This document shows positions 38,106-52,441 of a DNA stretch of 64,000 bases, in pieces. Every line of letters begins with the position of its first letter. Within the stretch, counting starts at the first letter, position 1. The notes under the pieces are model-generated. The model was not told where the DNA came from, did no database searches, and saw only the letters and a program-made list of their open reading frames with translations. Source of the stretch: Tricharina praecox (lineage: Eukaryota); assembly GCF_024521635.1 (NCBI RefSeq), contig NW_026250436.1:248001-312000 (forward strand). Direction: 5' to 3'. The translations under genes were made by a program, and so were the position numbers.

Positions 38106-41100
38106 ATGGAGGAGAAGACCGTCTCGGCGGTTGGCCCCGCTGCCGGAAAAGCCGACGAATACGGCTCGCCCGGTGTGGCTGGAGAGCCTAAGGACGCTGT
38201 GGTGATCGAAACCGGCACCAATGGGAAGGAGCTGGACGACAAAGACAAGAAGAAGCAGGAAGAGGAAGAAGGAGGGGGGGCTGGCGATTACTTCGTATGA
38301 GCACCATCCCCCACGTGGCTTCCACTGTAGTTGCCGCGATCGCTTGTACGACGGTCAACGACTGACATCTGCATCTGTAGAAACTCTGGTCCTATGCGGA
38401 GCCCGTCGACCGCCTCCTCCATACTATCGGCTTCATCGCAGCGATCGGTGCCGGTGCTGCATTGCCACTCATGACCCTCATCTTTGGTGAATTCGTCAAC
38501 ATCTTCAACGACTGGGGCCAGTTCGATGCCGATGGAAATCCACGAGTTACACCAGAGGAATTCCGTCGTGGAATCAACAAGAACGCACTCTGGTTTGTAT
38601 ACCTGTTCATCGGCAAGTTCACTTGTGTCTATCTGCACACTACCTGCTTCACCATCGCCGCCACCCGCTTGACCCGTGGTCTACGACTGGCATACGTCCG
38701 CTCCATCCTGCGTCAGGAGATCGCCTACTTCGATACGTGTACTCCCGGCTCCGTGGCAACCCGGATCTCGACGAACGCCAATCTAATTCAGACCGGATTG
38801 GGCGAGAAGGTCGGCATTGCGACCCAAGGCTTTGCGATGTTGATTTCCGCCTTCGTCGTCGCTTTCACGCAAAACTGGAAGCTGACGCTGGTAACTGCTA
38901 CCACCTTACCAGCCGTCATTATTCTCGTCGGTATCACCGTCGTCTTCGATCAGAAGCTGGAGGCTAAGATCCTCGATGTTTACTCCAAAGCGGGAGGTCT
39001 CGCCGAGGAGGCGCTCAGTAGTGTCCGGAATGTGGTCGCCTTTGGTGCCCACGACAAGCTCATGCAAAAGTATGGTGTCTATCTGGATGCAGCCAAGGTA
39101 TTCGGAGTCAAGAAAGGTCCGCTCCTAGGAGTTCAATACAGTAGTGAATTTAGCGTCATGTATAGCGCGTACAGTTTGGCCTTTTACTACGGTATTCAAC
39201 TGCTACTGAGAGGAGAGATCGCCGATGGCGGTACTGTCGTTACGTGAGTTGTTGTTGTTCTTCTCTTCGTCGTTGCGGGGCTGCTATCGGTTCTCCGTAG
39301 TATCCATCTTACTGACTGCTCTCAGCGTCTTCTTTTCCTGCATTTTCGCAACGTCAAGTTTGACCATCATCGCACCCAGCGTGGGAGACTTCACGAAAGC
39401 CGCCGCCGCGTCCAAAGACGTTCTTCAGATGATCGCTCGCGAACCCATCATCGATTCGGCTTTCACCGGGGGCATCAAACCCGAGAAGGTCAACGGTCGC
39501 ATCGAGCTCCGAAATGTCAACTTCAAGTACCCGGCACGACCGACCGTGCAGGTCCTAGATAACGTCAGCATGGTCTTCGAGGAGGGAAAGACTACAGCCC
39601 TCGTCGGAGCAAGTGGCAGCGGCAAGAGTACCATCATCGCCCTCGCCGAAAGGTGGTACGATCCCGAGAGTGGAGACGTGTTGATGGATGGTCACAACGT
39701 AAAGGACTTGAACCTCAAGTGGTTGCGCACGCAGATCGGTCTGGTGCAGCAAGAGCCCGTACTGTTCAACGACACTGTTTACGCCAACGTCGCCCATGGG
39801 CTCTACGGCACCGAGATGGCCAACCTTCCCGAGGAGGAGAAACGCCGGCTGGTCAAGGCGGCATGTACAGAAGCCAATGCGGATTCCTTCATCGAGGCTT
39901 TGCCCGAGGGATACGACACCGTGGTGGGTGAGCGGGCATCCTTGATGAGTGGAGGTCAGAAGCAGCGAATCGCCATCGCCCGTAGTATCATCGCGAACCC
40001 TCGGATCCTTCTTCTGGATGAGGCTACGTCGGCCCTAGACCCCAAGGCGGAAGGAATCGTTCAGGCAGCGCTGGATCAGGCGGCCAAGTCGCGCACAACT
40101 ATCGTCGTGGCTCATCGGCTTTCCACAGTCAAAAAGGTCGGAAGTTTAAAGATACCGTTTAGTGAGAGGTTGCTGACGTGAATGGAGGTGAATCTAGGCG
40201 GACAAGATCATCGTCATGAACAGAGGCGCCATCATCGAACAAGGAACTCACGAGAGTCTGATCGCCGAACAAGGAGCCTACTATCGTTTGGTCGGTGCGC
40301 AGAAACTTTCGGTCGTATCGGAGGCCGCGGACGACCAGGCGGACGACGACAGCAGCATCGAATCGGGGCACGAATTGGTCGATATCGACAGGGTTGAAAC
40401 CAGACACTCGACCTGGAGCGTCAAGTCCGAACTGAAATACACAGATTTATCGCGCACGTTTGGCCTGTTCAAGTGTCTCTGGATCATCTTCTCCCAACAC
40501 AAACATCTTTGGGCCTGGTTCCTGGCCGGGGTCACTGGTTGCGTGATGGGTGGTGCTGTCTGTGAGTATCATCTCGATCAGAAGTTTTGGTGGCGAAGCT
40601 AATGGTCTCTGTTAAGTCCCTGCACAGGCCATCCTCTTCTCTCGTATCGTCACCGTCTTTACACTTACCGGTAGCAAGCTCGAGGAGCGTGGCAACTTTT
40701 GGGCACTGATGTTCTTTTTCCTGGCAATCGGAACGTTCTTCGCGTATGCTTCCATTGGCTTCGTGTGGACCACCGTGGCTTTCATCATAGGTCGAGTTCA
40801 TCGGGGTGAATATTTTAATGCGATGATCACCCAAGACATTGCGTTCTTCGATATCCCCGAAAACTCATCGGGGTCTCTGACCGGAAGGCTTTCGTCCGAT
40901 CCGCAAGCTCTTCACGACCTGATCCAAGGCAACCTAGGTCTCATCATCGTCGTCATCGTCAACCTTCTCTCGTCCTGCATCTTGTCGTTGGTCATCGGGT
41001 GGAAGCTAGCCCTTGTCGCAATCTTTGGTTGCCTTCCGCCGCTTTTCTTTGCTGGCTTCACTCGCATGCGGCTCGAGATGTCATCGCAGGAGCGTGTCAG

Positions 41101-42349
41101 CAAGTTCTTCCTCGAGAGCACTCGGTTCGCATCCGAAGCTGTCGGGGCGATCCGCACGGTTCAATCATTGACACTCGAAGACGGCGTTATGGATCGGTAC
41201 GCCGAGCGGCTTAACGGCCCGGTCAGAAGCGCATACAAGCGTACAGCATGGATCATGATCCTCTTTGGACTCAGCGAGAGTACCGACATGCTCGGCGTCG
41301 GACTGGCTTTCTGGTACGGTGGACGTCTCATCAGCTTCGGCGAGTACGATCCGACCAAGTTCTTTGTGGTCTTTATAGCCGTTGTATTCGGCGGACAGGC
41401 TGCTGGTTTTCTTTTCGGCTTCACGACCAACCTCACGAAGGCACACGCCGCCACAAACAACATCATCCACCTGCGGGATGCCAAGCCGACCATCAACGGA
41501 TCGACTGGAGCCGACATGCCCCCTACACCGGAGATGGGTGCTCCGGTGATCGAATTCTGCGATGTTCGGTTCACATACCCGACTCGGCCGTCGGTGTCTG
41601 TTCTTCGACACTGCAATCTCACCATCATGCGCGGCCAGCGCGTCGGGCTGGTCGGTGCGTCCGGCTGCGGCAAAACCACCATCATCTCGCTGTTGGAGCG
41701 CTTCTACGATACCACCTCGGGCGAGATCTTGATCAATGGTGCTCCGCTCGCGTCGCTCGATGTACACAAGTACCGCGCTACGTTGGCACTTGTCGCCCAG
41801 GAGCCTACTCTGTACCAAGGATCCGTTCGGGATAACATTGTTAGTTCCATTCCCCCCTTCCATACTTCTCGCGGCACTACTAACATCGTACGACAGACTC
41901 TCGGCACGCCCGCTGGCGAGGTCTCGGATGAAACAGTGGAGAACGCCGCCAAATCTGCAAACATCCACGCATTCATAATGAGTCTTCCGCAAGGCTACGC
42001 AACGGACGTCGGAACGAAGGGAGTGGCGCTCTCGGGGGGCCAGCGGCAGCGCCTCGCCATTGCCCGCGCGCTGATCCGTGATCCGGAGGTGCTGCTCCTC
42101 GACGAGGCGACCAGCGCGCTAGATACCCAGAGCGAGCGTGTCGTCCAGGAGGCTATCGATGCTGCATCCAAGGGCCGTACTACGATCGCCGTCGCGCATC
42201 GTCTGAGTACTATCCGCCATTACGACCGGATCTTTGTCTTTGATGCCGGCCGTGTAGTCGAGGACGGCTCGCACGAGGAGCTGGTCGAGAAGAGGGGCCG
42301 GTATTGGGCTATGTGTCAGGGACAGAGCTTGGATCGCGAGGCTGTTTAG
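38106..42349 (+). CDS. Full-length ABCB/MDR-type ABC transporter (TMD-NBD)2
   Basis: Walker A GASGSGKST and GASGCGKTT, signatures MSGGQ and LSGGQ, Walker B LLLDEATSALD twice, H-loop AHRLST twice; TMD exons joined by GT-AG introns. Confidence 0.95.
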
Positions 42350-44060
42350 GTTCGCGATGCTAATGATGGTAATGGAAGAACGATACTGTAATATTAGACG
42401 CTTTTTTCTTCTTTTTCTTCTTTCTTGCCTAGCATACCGTGGTTGTGGCATTTATGTTTTGATAGGGTGGTGATGTTGGCAATATATCCAGTCCCGAGAG
42501 GGGGATGGGGGTTATATTTCTGCGCCTTCAGATTCTAGGCTGCATTGACTCACTTCGCGGTGAATAAGCGTCTGTCGCTAACTATCGTCGTCGGTTCCAC
42601 GGAATGCGGTCATGTGTTATCACCCGCCCAGAAGTAAATAGAGTAGACAGGCTGTACACGAAATAAAAGTGATGACGCCGCCCCTGTTCCTACATATACC
42701 CACCTTTCTATAGCAAGTTAGTATGCTTACTCTTCACTCCACTGTCCGATCACCAATTCCAAAAACGATTACTACTCGAGTAGGTACCTAGTCCGCCGAT
42801 CCGGAAGTAGATAATCTATTCGCTAAATCTCACATGTGCTCATGCGGGTGGGCGGGTGGGCGGGTGCAGGGTGGGCGGGTGCAGGGTCAGTAATCTGGGC
42901 GGCAGATAGGATTAGAATATAAATTTCGGGACCAGGGACTCGGGATTCAGGGAGGTAAAATAGCCTGCAGGTATACCACGACGAAATAAATAAGTTTACC
43001 TGGAGACTGGAGTCCTGGACGCTTTGGGATGAACGTCCGTCCAGCGTCGAGCGATCGCAGGAACAACCACCTTAAGACATTTGACTGTTGACTGTTCCGA
43101 CACCAGTGACGAGACAGTGGCCACTGTAGGGTGCCTGCCCCGTGCCTTGCACCGTCGCATACGATCCAATCCATTCGACGGTGCAGTGGGAGATTGGGAG
43201 TTCACCAATGGCCGTCGCTCGGCTCCCAAGAAAACTACTCTACCCAGCCGCTCTCCCCCGAGTGATCGCAGAGACCGCGAGTGATCATAAAAGGAACCGG
43301 TACTCTACTCACATGGCCGGAAAGTTTGCCCCCCTTAAACCATAGGTGTTCGGACTTATCGATTGTTCCGAGTCAAATCTACGCACATAACCAACTTATG
43401 TATCATACGCATGTAGGTAGACCACGAGGATACTAGGTACTAATTATACAGAAGAATCGAATTCTCCAAAAGATATCCGGGCCGTCCGAATGGCTTGTCA
43501 TTCATGAATGAATCATGAATGAGTGGCGCGGTTCCTGGGTAGATGCATTCGATCATATGCTGCCGCGGAGGTCACTCAACAGCGTCCACGGCTATGGATA
43601 CGGTATGCTAGGGATCCCACGCCGACCAACGGATTACTCATTGCGGGCTAAGCACCCCCGGAGATGGTTATGCAGCTGTTGCAGGCCTGGGGCGGAGGGC
43701 AAAGCAAACCCATACCGCACACCCTGCATAACTACTGCGGGGAAGGATGGCTGAGTGGGGAGGAACCGGCTGCATAATTCTGCCATGATGATGTATCAAG
43801 ATCGGATGCATTGATGATTAAACAAGATGAGAGCAAAGACATGTGTGCGATTGCAAGAATACGAAATACGAGCGACATGACATGCAAACGGGACATAATC
43901 AGAGATGACTGGTCACTGGCGCACCAATATGACTTTTGTGAAACACTTCCATCACCTGGAACCATGCCACCATCATCAGACGCCGGCCGTCACTCGGAAT
44001 CGCGGTGCGGCTTGACCATCCCATTCAACGTAACGCGCAAGCCATACACGTGACAGCGAC

Positions 44061-45597
44061 ATGTATTCTACGCAACTGACCAACGGCGGTGAAGGTGAAG
44101 GTAAGTGTAGAGTAGTTACCTGCCAGATGACCAAGCAGGACTTCATGATCAGCGATGATAAGCCTGCGAACAAAAAACTGCGAGAGGAGATGCTTGTGAA
44201 TCTCTACGGCCCAAAACACGGACTAGATCAGATCGCTACTTTCTACGAGGCCACGATTTTGAAGATGATTAAGCAGAAGTCATATCAGCTGGGTGGTTGC
44301 TACGAGGTCGATGCAATTCGGGAGTGAGTATTAATCCCTATCATTGCTCCGAAGTATCGTTTCCTGACACAGTCCTACAGTATTGGGAACCTAGTACACG
44401 CCCGCTTCGCATCGGAGCTGTTGGATCTACCTCCGAAGACCCAGGAGAGCCCGCACGGTAGCTTTACCGAGCAGGAGTTCTACCAGATTGGTGCAGTGCT
44501 CTTTACCTGGGCGTTCCTGGATGCGGAGCCAGTGGCTTCGTTCCGGCTGCGCAAGGCCGCGCGGAAAGCCACCGCGGCCTTGACCGGAGTACTCGAGCCC
44601 CTGTGCAAGGCCATCAAGCACGGCGAGCCGGTTATAGCCCTCAAAGATGCCATCTACGAAAATCACAGTCCCCTGAGCAACTACGGTATAATTTTCTTGC
44701 TTCATGCGTGGTAAACAGGGCGGCCCTAGCTTACACCTCGGTAGGAAAACACATCATCCAGCGGATGGTGGAGGGCGCAACTGTTGCGCATACCGTAGGA
44801 CAAATTATTCCGATGATAGCAGCTTCGGTGGCCAATCAAGCGCAAGGGGTAATTACTCGCCTTGCTATGACAGTGCGGTGCCGGCAGATGCTGACGATAT
44901 ACATGCAAGTTTGCACAAGTGCTCGACCTATTTCTCTCGGACGAATACAAACATCATTGGCGCACGATCCAGGATCTGGCGAGGGACAAGATCGACCCTG
45001 AAGGATCGCTCCAGCAACTTCGCAAGTACGCATGGGAAGGCTCCCGTCTCGCAACCGCCGCGTTTGGGATCATCCGCGAAGTCGCCGTGGACTCAGCCGT
45101 GATCCAAGACGGACCGCAGCGGACGGTCAACCTCAAGAAAGGAGAAAGCGTTTTTCTGAACTTTGTACCGTGACCGCAGTAAGCCTCAGGATTGGCAGCT
45201 CGAACATGCTAATCCGTTCTCAGATCTCTTCCGGCCTCGATCCTACGGCATTCCCGAACCCTCGCGAAATCGACCTTACGCGCCCCGAGGAGCTCTACAT
45301 ACAGTACGGATACGGACCGCACTCCTGCATCGGCACGCCCATCGCCATCACAGCATTGACCGCCATGCTGCGGGTCTATGGACGACTGGAGAATATCCGA
45401 CGTGCGCCCAGACTAGCGGGCCAGATGAAGAGTGTCACAAAACACGGGTTCAGAACGTACATGACCGAAGGTTGGAGTGAATGGTCACCTTTCCCTACTA
45501 GTAAGTCATCCATTCGCCGCGCCGCGACCTCCGAGTCCAACCTCTAACTAAGGTGTTTCTAGCGATGAAAATCCAGTTCGACGGCGTTGTGGAGTAG
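44061..45597 (+). CDS. Stand-alone or 5'-truncated C-terminal P450 domain of a Ppo/linoleate diol synthase
   Basis: Spliced product has YEVDAIRDIGNL, LPPKT..PHGSFTEQE, ANQAQ, EGSRL (ExxR), YGYGPHSCIG (heme Cys) and YMTEGWSEWSPFPT|TMKIQFD. Five intact introns. No heme-dioxygenase domain seen upstream; start uncertain (44061 or 44127). Confidence 0.8.
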
Positions 45598-46852
45598 GTA
45601 GGCGGATAATGGAAACGTGGTCGAAATTTCTTTCCTTACTTTTCTTATTACTTTTTTGGTTAAGGAACACCAAGAGGTTAGTTACATGACTTGAGCGAGA
45701 TCAATCCCTACAACGTCGGGGTGAAACATACGTGACTGTATCACGTGATCGTCGAATAACGTGCCCTCGTACTCCAGTCCTTCTAATACTGAGTTTAGAT
45801 CGGCTGGCACTGCATGATGGAGACTGATCGACTGCTAGGACTTAGACTAAAAGTCCCCGTCCCGGAGAGATGCCCGAGTGATCGAGCTTTACGATCGTTG
45901 AGTAGGATAAATCACTAGCAATTGCAAGTGGTCTATATTCTTGAGGAGCATGCCCGAGCCCCTCAAGTGTATATTTTTCTCGTCGTAATAGGTACATATA
46001 ACCACATGGATCCACTCAATCGCAGTCCATACCTGAGTGCTCACTGACAAGTTGACGGGCTGGTGATGACGCATTGACAGGTCATAGCTCTCACTCGGAA
46101 GATGACGCGGGGCGGACCAAAATCCAGACCGGACTACCACTCAGGAACCGTTTCACCGCATCTCTCTGTCCCATCGTCTAATAGGTTCATATTTATATGC
46201 TTCTATAGAAGATTCCGCTAGGTACTATAACTATATAGTCCTCCAAAGATTCTAGTATTCGCCAGACGAGACTCCTCCTCCTCGCTTCGCTAGCTAGAAA
46301 TCACATGGTCACCCAGACGTCATTCCTTCAGTACACCGTGAATCCCCCGCTTCCGACAGATTCCTACCTTCTCCCATGACATAGGCCAGGTAGAAACAAG
46401 ACAAACATAGTAGTGCGCTGCGATGAGCCTTCGAGGTTCGGTCCTTTAGTTCCGTAGGGGTTTGGCCGCGCAATGGCTTCCGTCTGTGATGAGGTTTCTC
46501 GGACAGGGTGATGTCGAGGTAGTGGATAGAGGATATAAGAGGTAATCAACGCTACGTCTGTACCTGCGCGGTCAGACCCCGCGTCGCTACAGCATGTTCC
46601 GAGAAACTGACTGGCGGTGTGTCTGGGGGTAGCCTGGAGTAAAGAAGCGTGAGTAACCTTCGCAAGGTTTGGATATCGTCGAATGTCTATGACGGTCGGC
46701 AGTTGGGGTCGTGGTATTCGGCAGTGGTATGAATCTCTCCTCCTAGGTAAACCGGCGTTAGTTCATTCATCCTAATTATGGACTGTGAGACATGCCTTGG
46801 TAATCATCCCCATAGCCCACCCATACCCGCGCTGCCTCAGATCAGTCCCACT

Positions 46853-48748
46853 CTACGATCTTCTCCACCAACTTCCCCGCCGCCGTTGCACCGGCGACGC
46901 TTTCCGATTACTGGCCAGTCGGATGAACAGAGTTTGGCCCATGTTTAGGTCATGGCTGTCTCCAGTCACAAAGTCGAGTCCATTGTCGTTTGCCCACTGT
47001 CTGGTTTCCCGGGAGTAATCTTCGTGACGCCGGGGCATGCCGTAATGGTTTTCGAAGATGAGAATGGAATAGTCGTTGCTTGGAGCCTTCGCCCCACCGA
47101 ATGAGCCCCTCGCTTTCCGTTCCCTGATCTCATAAACTAGATCTTTCACCATCAACCAACTATCCTCGGGGTGTGGCTCGGTACAGTAAACGAGAAGAAA
47201 TAGTTCGCAACTGTCGATCGCCAAGTGACGTAAGTGATGGTATTCCGTGAGACCCGAAGTATCAAGTATGTCAAGCTCGAGTCCTCCGTCAAGAAAGGTG
47301 CGAGAGTATTTCTCGTAGACGGTGGGACCCCCCGATTTGTGCAAGAGCCCACTCTTCCCGGTGCATGTACTACCCAACAGTGCGAGGCCCATTTTGATTG
47401 GCCTGACCGGGTTAAATGGTAGTAGTTGATTCTGTTGCGGCTCGATCGCATCCGCAGTGCGCCAGTCGGACGTTCTATCGCTCTCGTCCTGGGGTGGTTC
47501 GTGGAGCACAGAAGTCAGGATCAATTCATCATCATCATCGTCACTGGATTCTCCACTGTCGTCGCTGGAACCTTTGGTATCGTGAATAGATCCCCCGTAG
47601 TCGTCATTTGATCCCTCGCCATTGTCGCTGATCGTTGCGTCATCGTAATTCGGTACTTCACTTTCGTCACCGGAACAACTTCTGTCATCACTGGATCCTT
47701 CACCATCCTCACTAGTTGCTCGTGAAGAAGTAAAACCTTGATAGAAGAGGTTGTCCCAATCCGGCGGCTCCTCTAATCCGGAAGAATCAAAGTTGAACCA
47801 GTGGCAGCTGTCCGGTAGTTCATTCCGCCGGACACTAGGGGTAACCACTGAGATGTTCGAGATGTCGGCCGACGAAATATCGGTGAGCTGTGACCAGGGC
47901 GACTCCAGTGTCTTAACGCTGCGCGATGACCCACTGGTAGAATGCATTCCCATGCGGGAGTAGACGCGAGACTTTAAGAGCGTATCTTCGAATTCCCAAT
48001 CGACGGGATGGTGCAAGGGGGTCAAAGATTGTGAAACGGCTTCTCCGGGGGTGACCGTCGGTCTGCACATCCGTGACCTACGCCGTAGAGTGTCGGGTTT
48101 GTCATCCTCCTCCTCCTCATCAGGCCCGCGTGTAGAGTATTCCCCTGCACTGCGCCGCTGCATAAGTGTCGACAAACGTTCGTTGCTTTCGATTGGTATA
48201 TCGACGCGAATGCGCGTCTCGTTCGTCGACAGCTCGGCGTGGGACTCCGACTCGCTTTAACCCAAGTCACTCAGATTAGGTTCTCGCATTCAGTGATGTA
48301 AATGGGATGCTTACCAGGGCAGTACGGTCAATATATAGTTCAAGCATGCCCTATGCGCGGCGAGCTTCTCGACAATTTTTTGCAGTGCACCCTCTCGCTG
48401 CGGCCATCTGACTCGATTCCACCAACCCATCGCCGCATCTCTCACTACCAGGCCCTGAAGTTCCGTGTGTAGTTCCGAGAAGGTTACAACGCAACTCGCC
48501 AACATGACGGAAAGATGTTCTAACGAAACTTGAGACACATGGTTGTTAAATATTGGCGTGCGCAGAAGGAGGTGACTCTGTAATTGTGAAAATATTGCCA
48601 CGAGGCTTTCTGTTCCGTTCAGGACATGCGTCATAAGCAACGGTGCACTGCTGCCGGTTGTAGAGGCGACCGCCGCCAGCGAGTTGGTGATTTCTCCGGC
48701 AAGAGTTAGCACACTCGCAACAGAAGCGGTGATGGAGAGCAAGTCCAT
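46853..48748 (-). CDS. HeLo-like (fungal STAND N-terminal) domain + acidic linker + degenerate Ras-like GTPase, 2 exons
   Basis: MDLLSITASVASVL...CVVTFSEL...WWNRVRW..LNYILTVLPC; intron 48314-48255; FEDTLLKSRVY and ISNISV motifs; C-terminal GSTCTGKS, PTVYEKY, LDILDTSG, FLLVY. Confidence 0.8.
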
Positions 48749-51700
48749 ATCACCGTCGGTGGAGTAGATGGATGGGTACAGGCGATGGGGCGGGGAAACG
48801 TAGCTGTGCAGAGTTCAGCCGCATAGTTATACGAACGACACGAAACCACGGCTGACATAATCGCGCATCATAATTGCTTTTTAAAATTCCTGAGGATCAT
48901 ACAGGCGCAGCAGTTCGTATCCTACCTACTCTACATACATAACTACTTAATAGTAGCCACTCCCGGTTTTACGGATTAACATCGATGGACTGCATTTTAG
49001 AGGCTAGAATTGGGATTGAAAAAGGTACGATGGACAGCAATCGAGTGCAATCGTTGAGATAATCGTATACCGGGTCTATTTATATGAGACAGCTTGTCGA
49101 CTTGCCGTAAATTATCCCACTTACTAAGTAGATATTTTCTCCCATGAATGTGCCCCGAAGCGCAGGATCTTCTAAGTATCTACGGTACTCTAGGCGTAGA
49201 CTGAACAAATGACCCGCACGTCCCCAGTAGGCATGTACTACGACAAGATCATGCCCTTAACACCTCACTTGGACGAAGAACCGACCGACGGCGGTATGAT
49301 GGTGGTACTAGTAAACTTCCCATGCCCGGAAACACATATTATCGAACTTTCCCGAGTTGAAAGTGCATCGGCGGAGGAGAAAAGAAGATAGAAAAAGACG
49401 AGGCAGAGGATAGCCCGCTCTTCCTAAGATACCGGAACCCCAGGCTAACTACCTAGTACGTAGTAAGAACCAGTTCACACCGGGGATGACGCCGACGAGC
49501 CAGCCGTGAATAGCCTGTGAGGCGGTTATGAGGAGAGCAAGAGAAGGGAAAAGCGGGGACACAACAAATGGACCAGCAGCCGGTAAGAGGTGACGTTACG
49601 AAAAGGTTATAAGCGATAATCGGCCTAGGTAGTCAGGGAAAACGGACCAGGGCGGTAGATAGCGCATACATAGCGTATCTATCGTTTCCTATCAGCAGCA
49701 TCATTCACGCATCAGTTGAGTGTCGCCCCAGCGGAACCTTGCGGATAGACGCTCCTGACGACTGTTCTGAACGCTCGCCCGAGCCAACCGGTGCAAGAAA
49801 GTTTTTGATAGCTCAGCGGCCAATAGGCCTGTCCAGGCAGGAAAGCGGCGGGTCGAGTAAAGGAGAACATACGGAGAAAGAGGAGATAGTGGCTCATCGT
49901 CTATTCTTCATATGATGATCGAGCAAGAAGAAGAAGAAGAAGAAGTAGAAAACCCCGCCGTGGCCGCCAATATTGATGCGCACTGCTAATCACCTTCGTT
50001 TTCTCCCGCCGACTGGTCCTCCTCTCCCTCCCCCCTCACGCTCCGCCACAACGGAGATGCAAGGGTGCAGTAATCAGGCAGCGAACAGAGAGTTTTAATG
50101 GCTTCGTGTGTGTTTCTTGTCGTTGTTGTGTATAAAAAAGACGTAGGCACTTATACACCGCGGACATCAGACTCGAGAGCTGAAGTGGGCCTTCATACAT
50201 ACGCGCACAGCGTCTAGGCAGGGGCTGACTATAAACACGTCCTTCGACGCTACGATTTTTGGAGTCCTCAAGAATTTCTATAGTCATATTTGCCGTTAGC
50301 CACACCTCACACAGTTTGTAATATGTCACTCGATTGCGTAGTTACGTGGAATCCATGGGATTCCCCCCTTTCCTACTCGTGTCGCAGAAATCAATTGTGG
50401 TGCACTTTGCGAATTGATAGGATAACATGAGAGCGGCTCGGCTTCCGGGTATTTGATAGTCATATGTAGTGCTCTTACAGAAAGTTGAGCGGCGGGGCCA
50501 AGAGCCAGGGCCTACCCTTCATCGATAAAATACATTTCTATTTACACGCCTGGCGAGCACTCGCCCTTCTCTTAACGATTTAAAGCTGAGCTACTGAGAT
50601 ATCTCGGCGACACGAGTTCTCTCTCCCTATACGTCACTACAAGTTGAACATAGTTGGGGTGGAGCGGACACAAGGTCCCTTGAACTTGTACTGTGCAGTG
50701 AGATGAATCATCACTAGCGATGGACCCGGTTAAGTAACTGGTGGGAGGCGGATGAAACTGTACACAATATAAATGTTACTGGATTCAATAGAAGAGGGAA
50801 ATGAAGTTCATCGCCAGGGCGACACTGGGCTGCTGTGAGCTTTTAACCAGCAGGGTGTTCCAAGACCGCCGGCGACTGTAAGCTCCAATGTAGACTAGCT
50901 GATAAAGGCGGGTTGTTGAAAAGACTGGCGGAGGCAGCGGTGGGTAGGGATAAGTGAATTGTTTCAGACGTCCTGCACATCCCCGGTGAACATGCATCTC
51001 AATAATCCGTCCATGTCGATTTACCACCCACCTAGGACTGAACAACGAACGTCAGTATTATGTATTGTCCAACGTCTGCGCGGACTACCGGGTCCGGGCG
51101 GGCCCTGCACACGAATATCTGTAACCAAATATGGGTGTTCGCGTACTGCAGCCCATTACACAACTTTCTGTGACTGTTCTCCGGTTTCTCCATCGCCGCC
51201 CTATCGTGACATGGCCCATTTCAGCTACCGGTTGGAATTTATATGCACCCAGATGTTGCACTCACATACTGTCGGTTACGTCCGGCGATCGATCCTTCCA
51301 CCAAATGGCATCTTCGGAACCGCTGGGCCTGAGCAGGCACGCGTTTCCTTGCTAGTCGGGGCAGAGAGCACTTCTGTACGGCGCCGGGAACTGAGATCAA
51401 TGTCCGAGATCAATGGAAAGTCCCAAAAGACGGCCGGAAGGACAGATCATTGAGATGTCTGTCGATCAGCTCCAGTAAGGAAGAACTGGAACTACGAAAT
51501 AAGTTCAGAACCTTTTCCCAAGGCCTGCTAACTCACTGTCTTTCGGTATACATGGTGAGTACGGACTTCACCTAGCCCCGGGAATAGTTAGTGGTAAGTA
51601 GCAATATGGCTGCAGCGCGCCAGTTTTCCAGCGTTCCGACGGGAAGCCGGCGCACTCCTCAACTACTTGCATACCTACTTAAACATCGGTTATTAATCTT

Positions 51701-52441
51701 AGCCATCCGGAGATACTGTAAATAGCTATACATTATTCTAGTATCACCCCTTAGGCAGCTTGCATACCTCATTTCTTCGGTTCTAGTATCTCCGAAGGCA
51801 CCAACCCGCGCCGGCTTCGACCTGGATTACGGTTACGAGAGGGCCGAATTTCAACATGAATTCAGCCGGGAATCGGTAAAAAGGACCTCGATCCCTATCG
51901 AGTAGTCGAGTCCGGGAGCTGCCTTTCTGGTGCCCGAGAAACTCTCGATTGGGAATATCCTGGGAGATGGGCATAAAGTGTTGGAAAGCCTGAAATTTCC
52001 ACGCGGAGCGTCCGCTTCCATACGTGTATAGCATTATCGCGGAAGATTATTCAGCCTACAACTCATTTTTCCCCAGCCGGCTCATTTAGGTGAGGGCCCA
52101 GTGCTTCTGTGCTACCACAATTAACACCTTGGTCATGCCCAGCGTCATCCCCGCCGTTCCCCAAAACCACCTTGGTACCTCCGCCGACCGATATGGAGTC
52201 TCACCTAAAGTGGATGCCCAACGGTGATCACGCTACTAGAAACCTCAGGACCCGCCATCACCTGGGCTGTTGCATGGTTAGTGGCCGTATAAACGTTGCA
52301 AGATAAAGGTACATACTATTTCCAGGCGACAGTATAGTTTGTAAACCACATGGTTTATCTACCGGAAGAAAGTTGATTGCTTATAATACACATCGCCTGC
52401 CCATAACTTGGTTCTTTCGGGGTCTTAGACGAAATCCAACG

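Noticed and set aside
42846..42886. G-quadruplex-like GGG runs (also at ~3179-3198)
   Set aside because: Simple low-complexity repeats, common in this window, with no sign of function.
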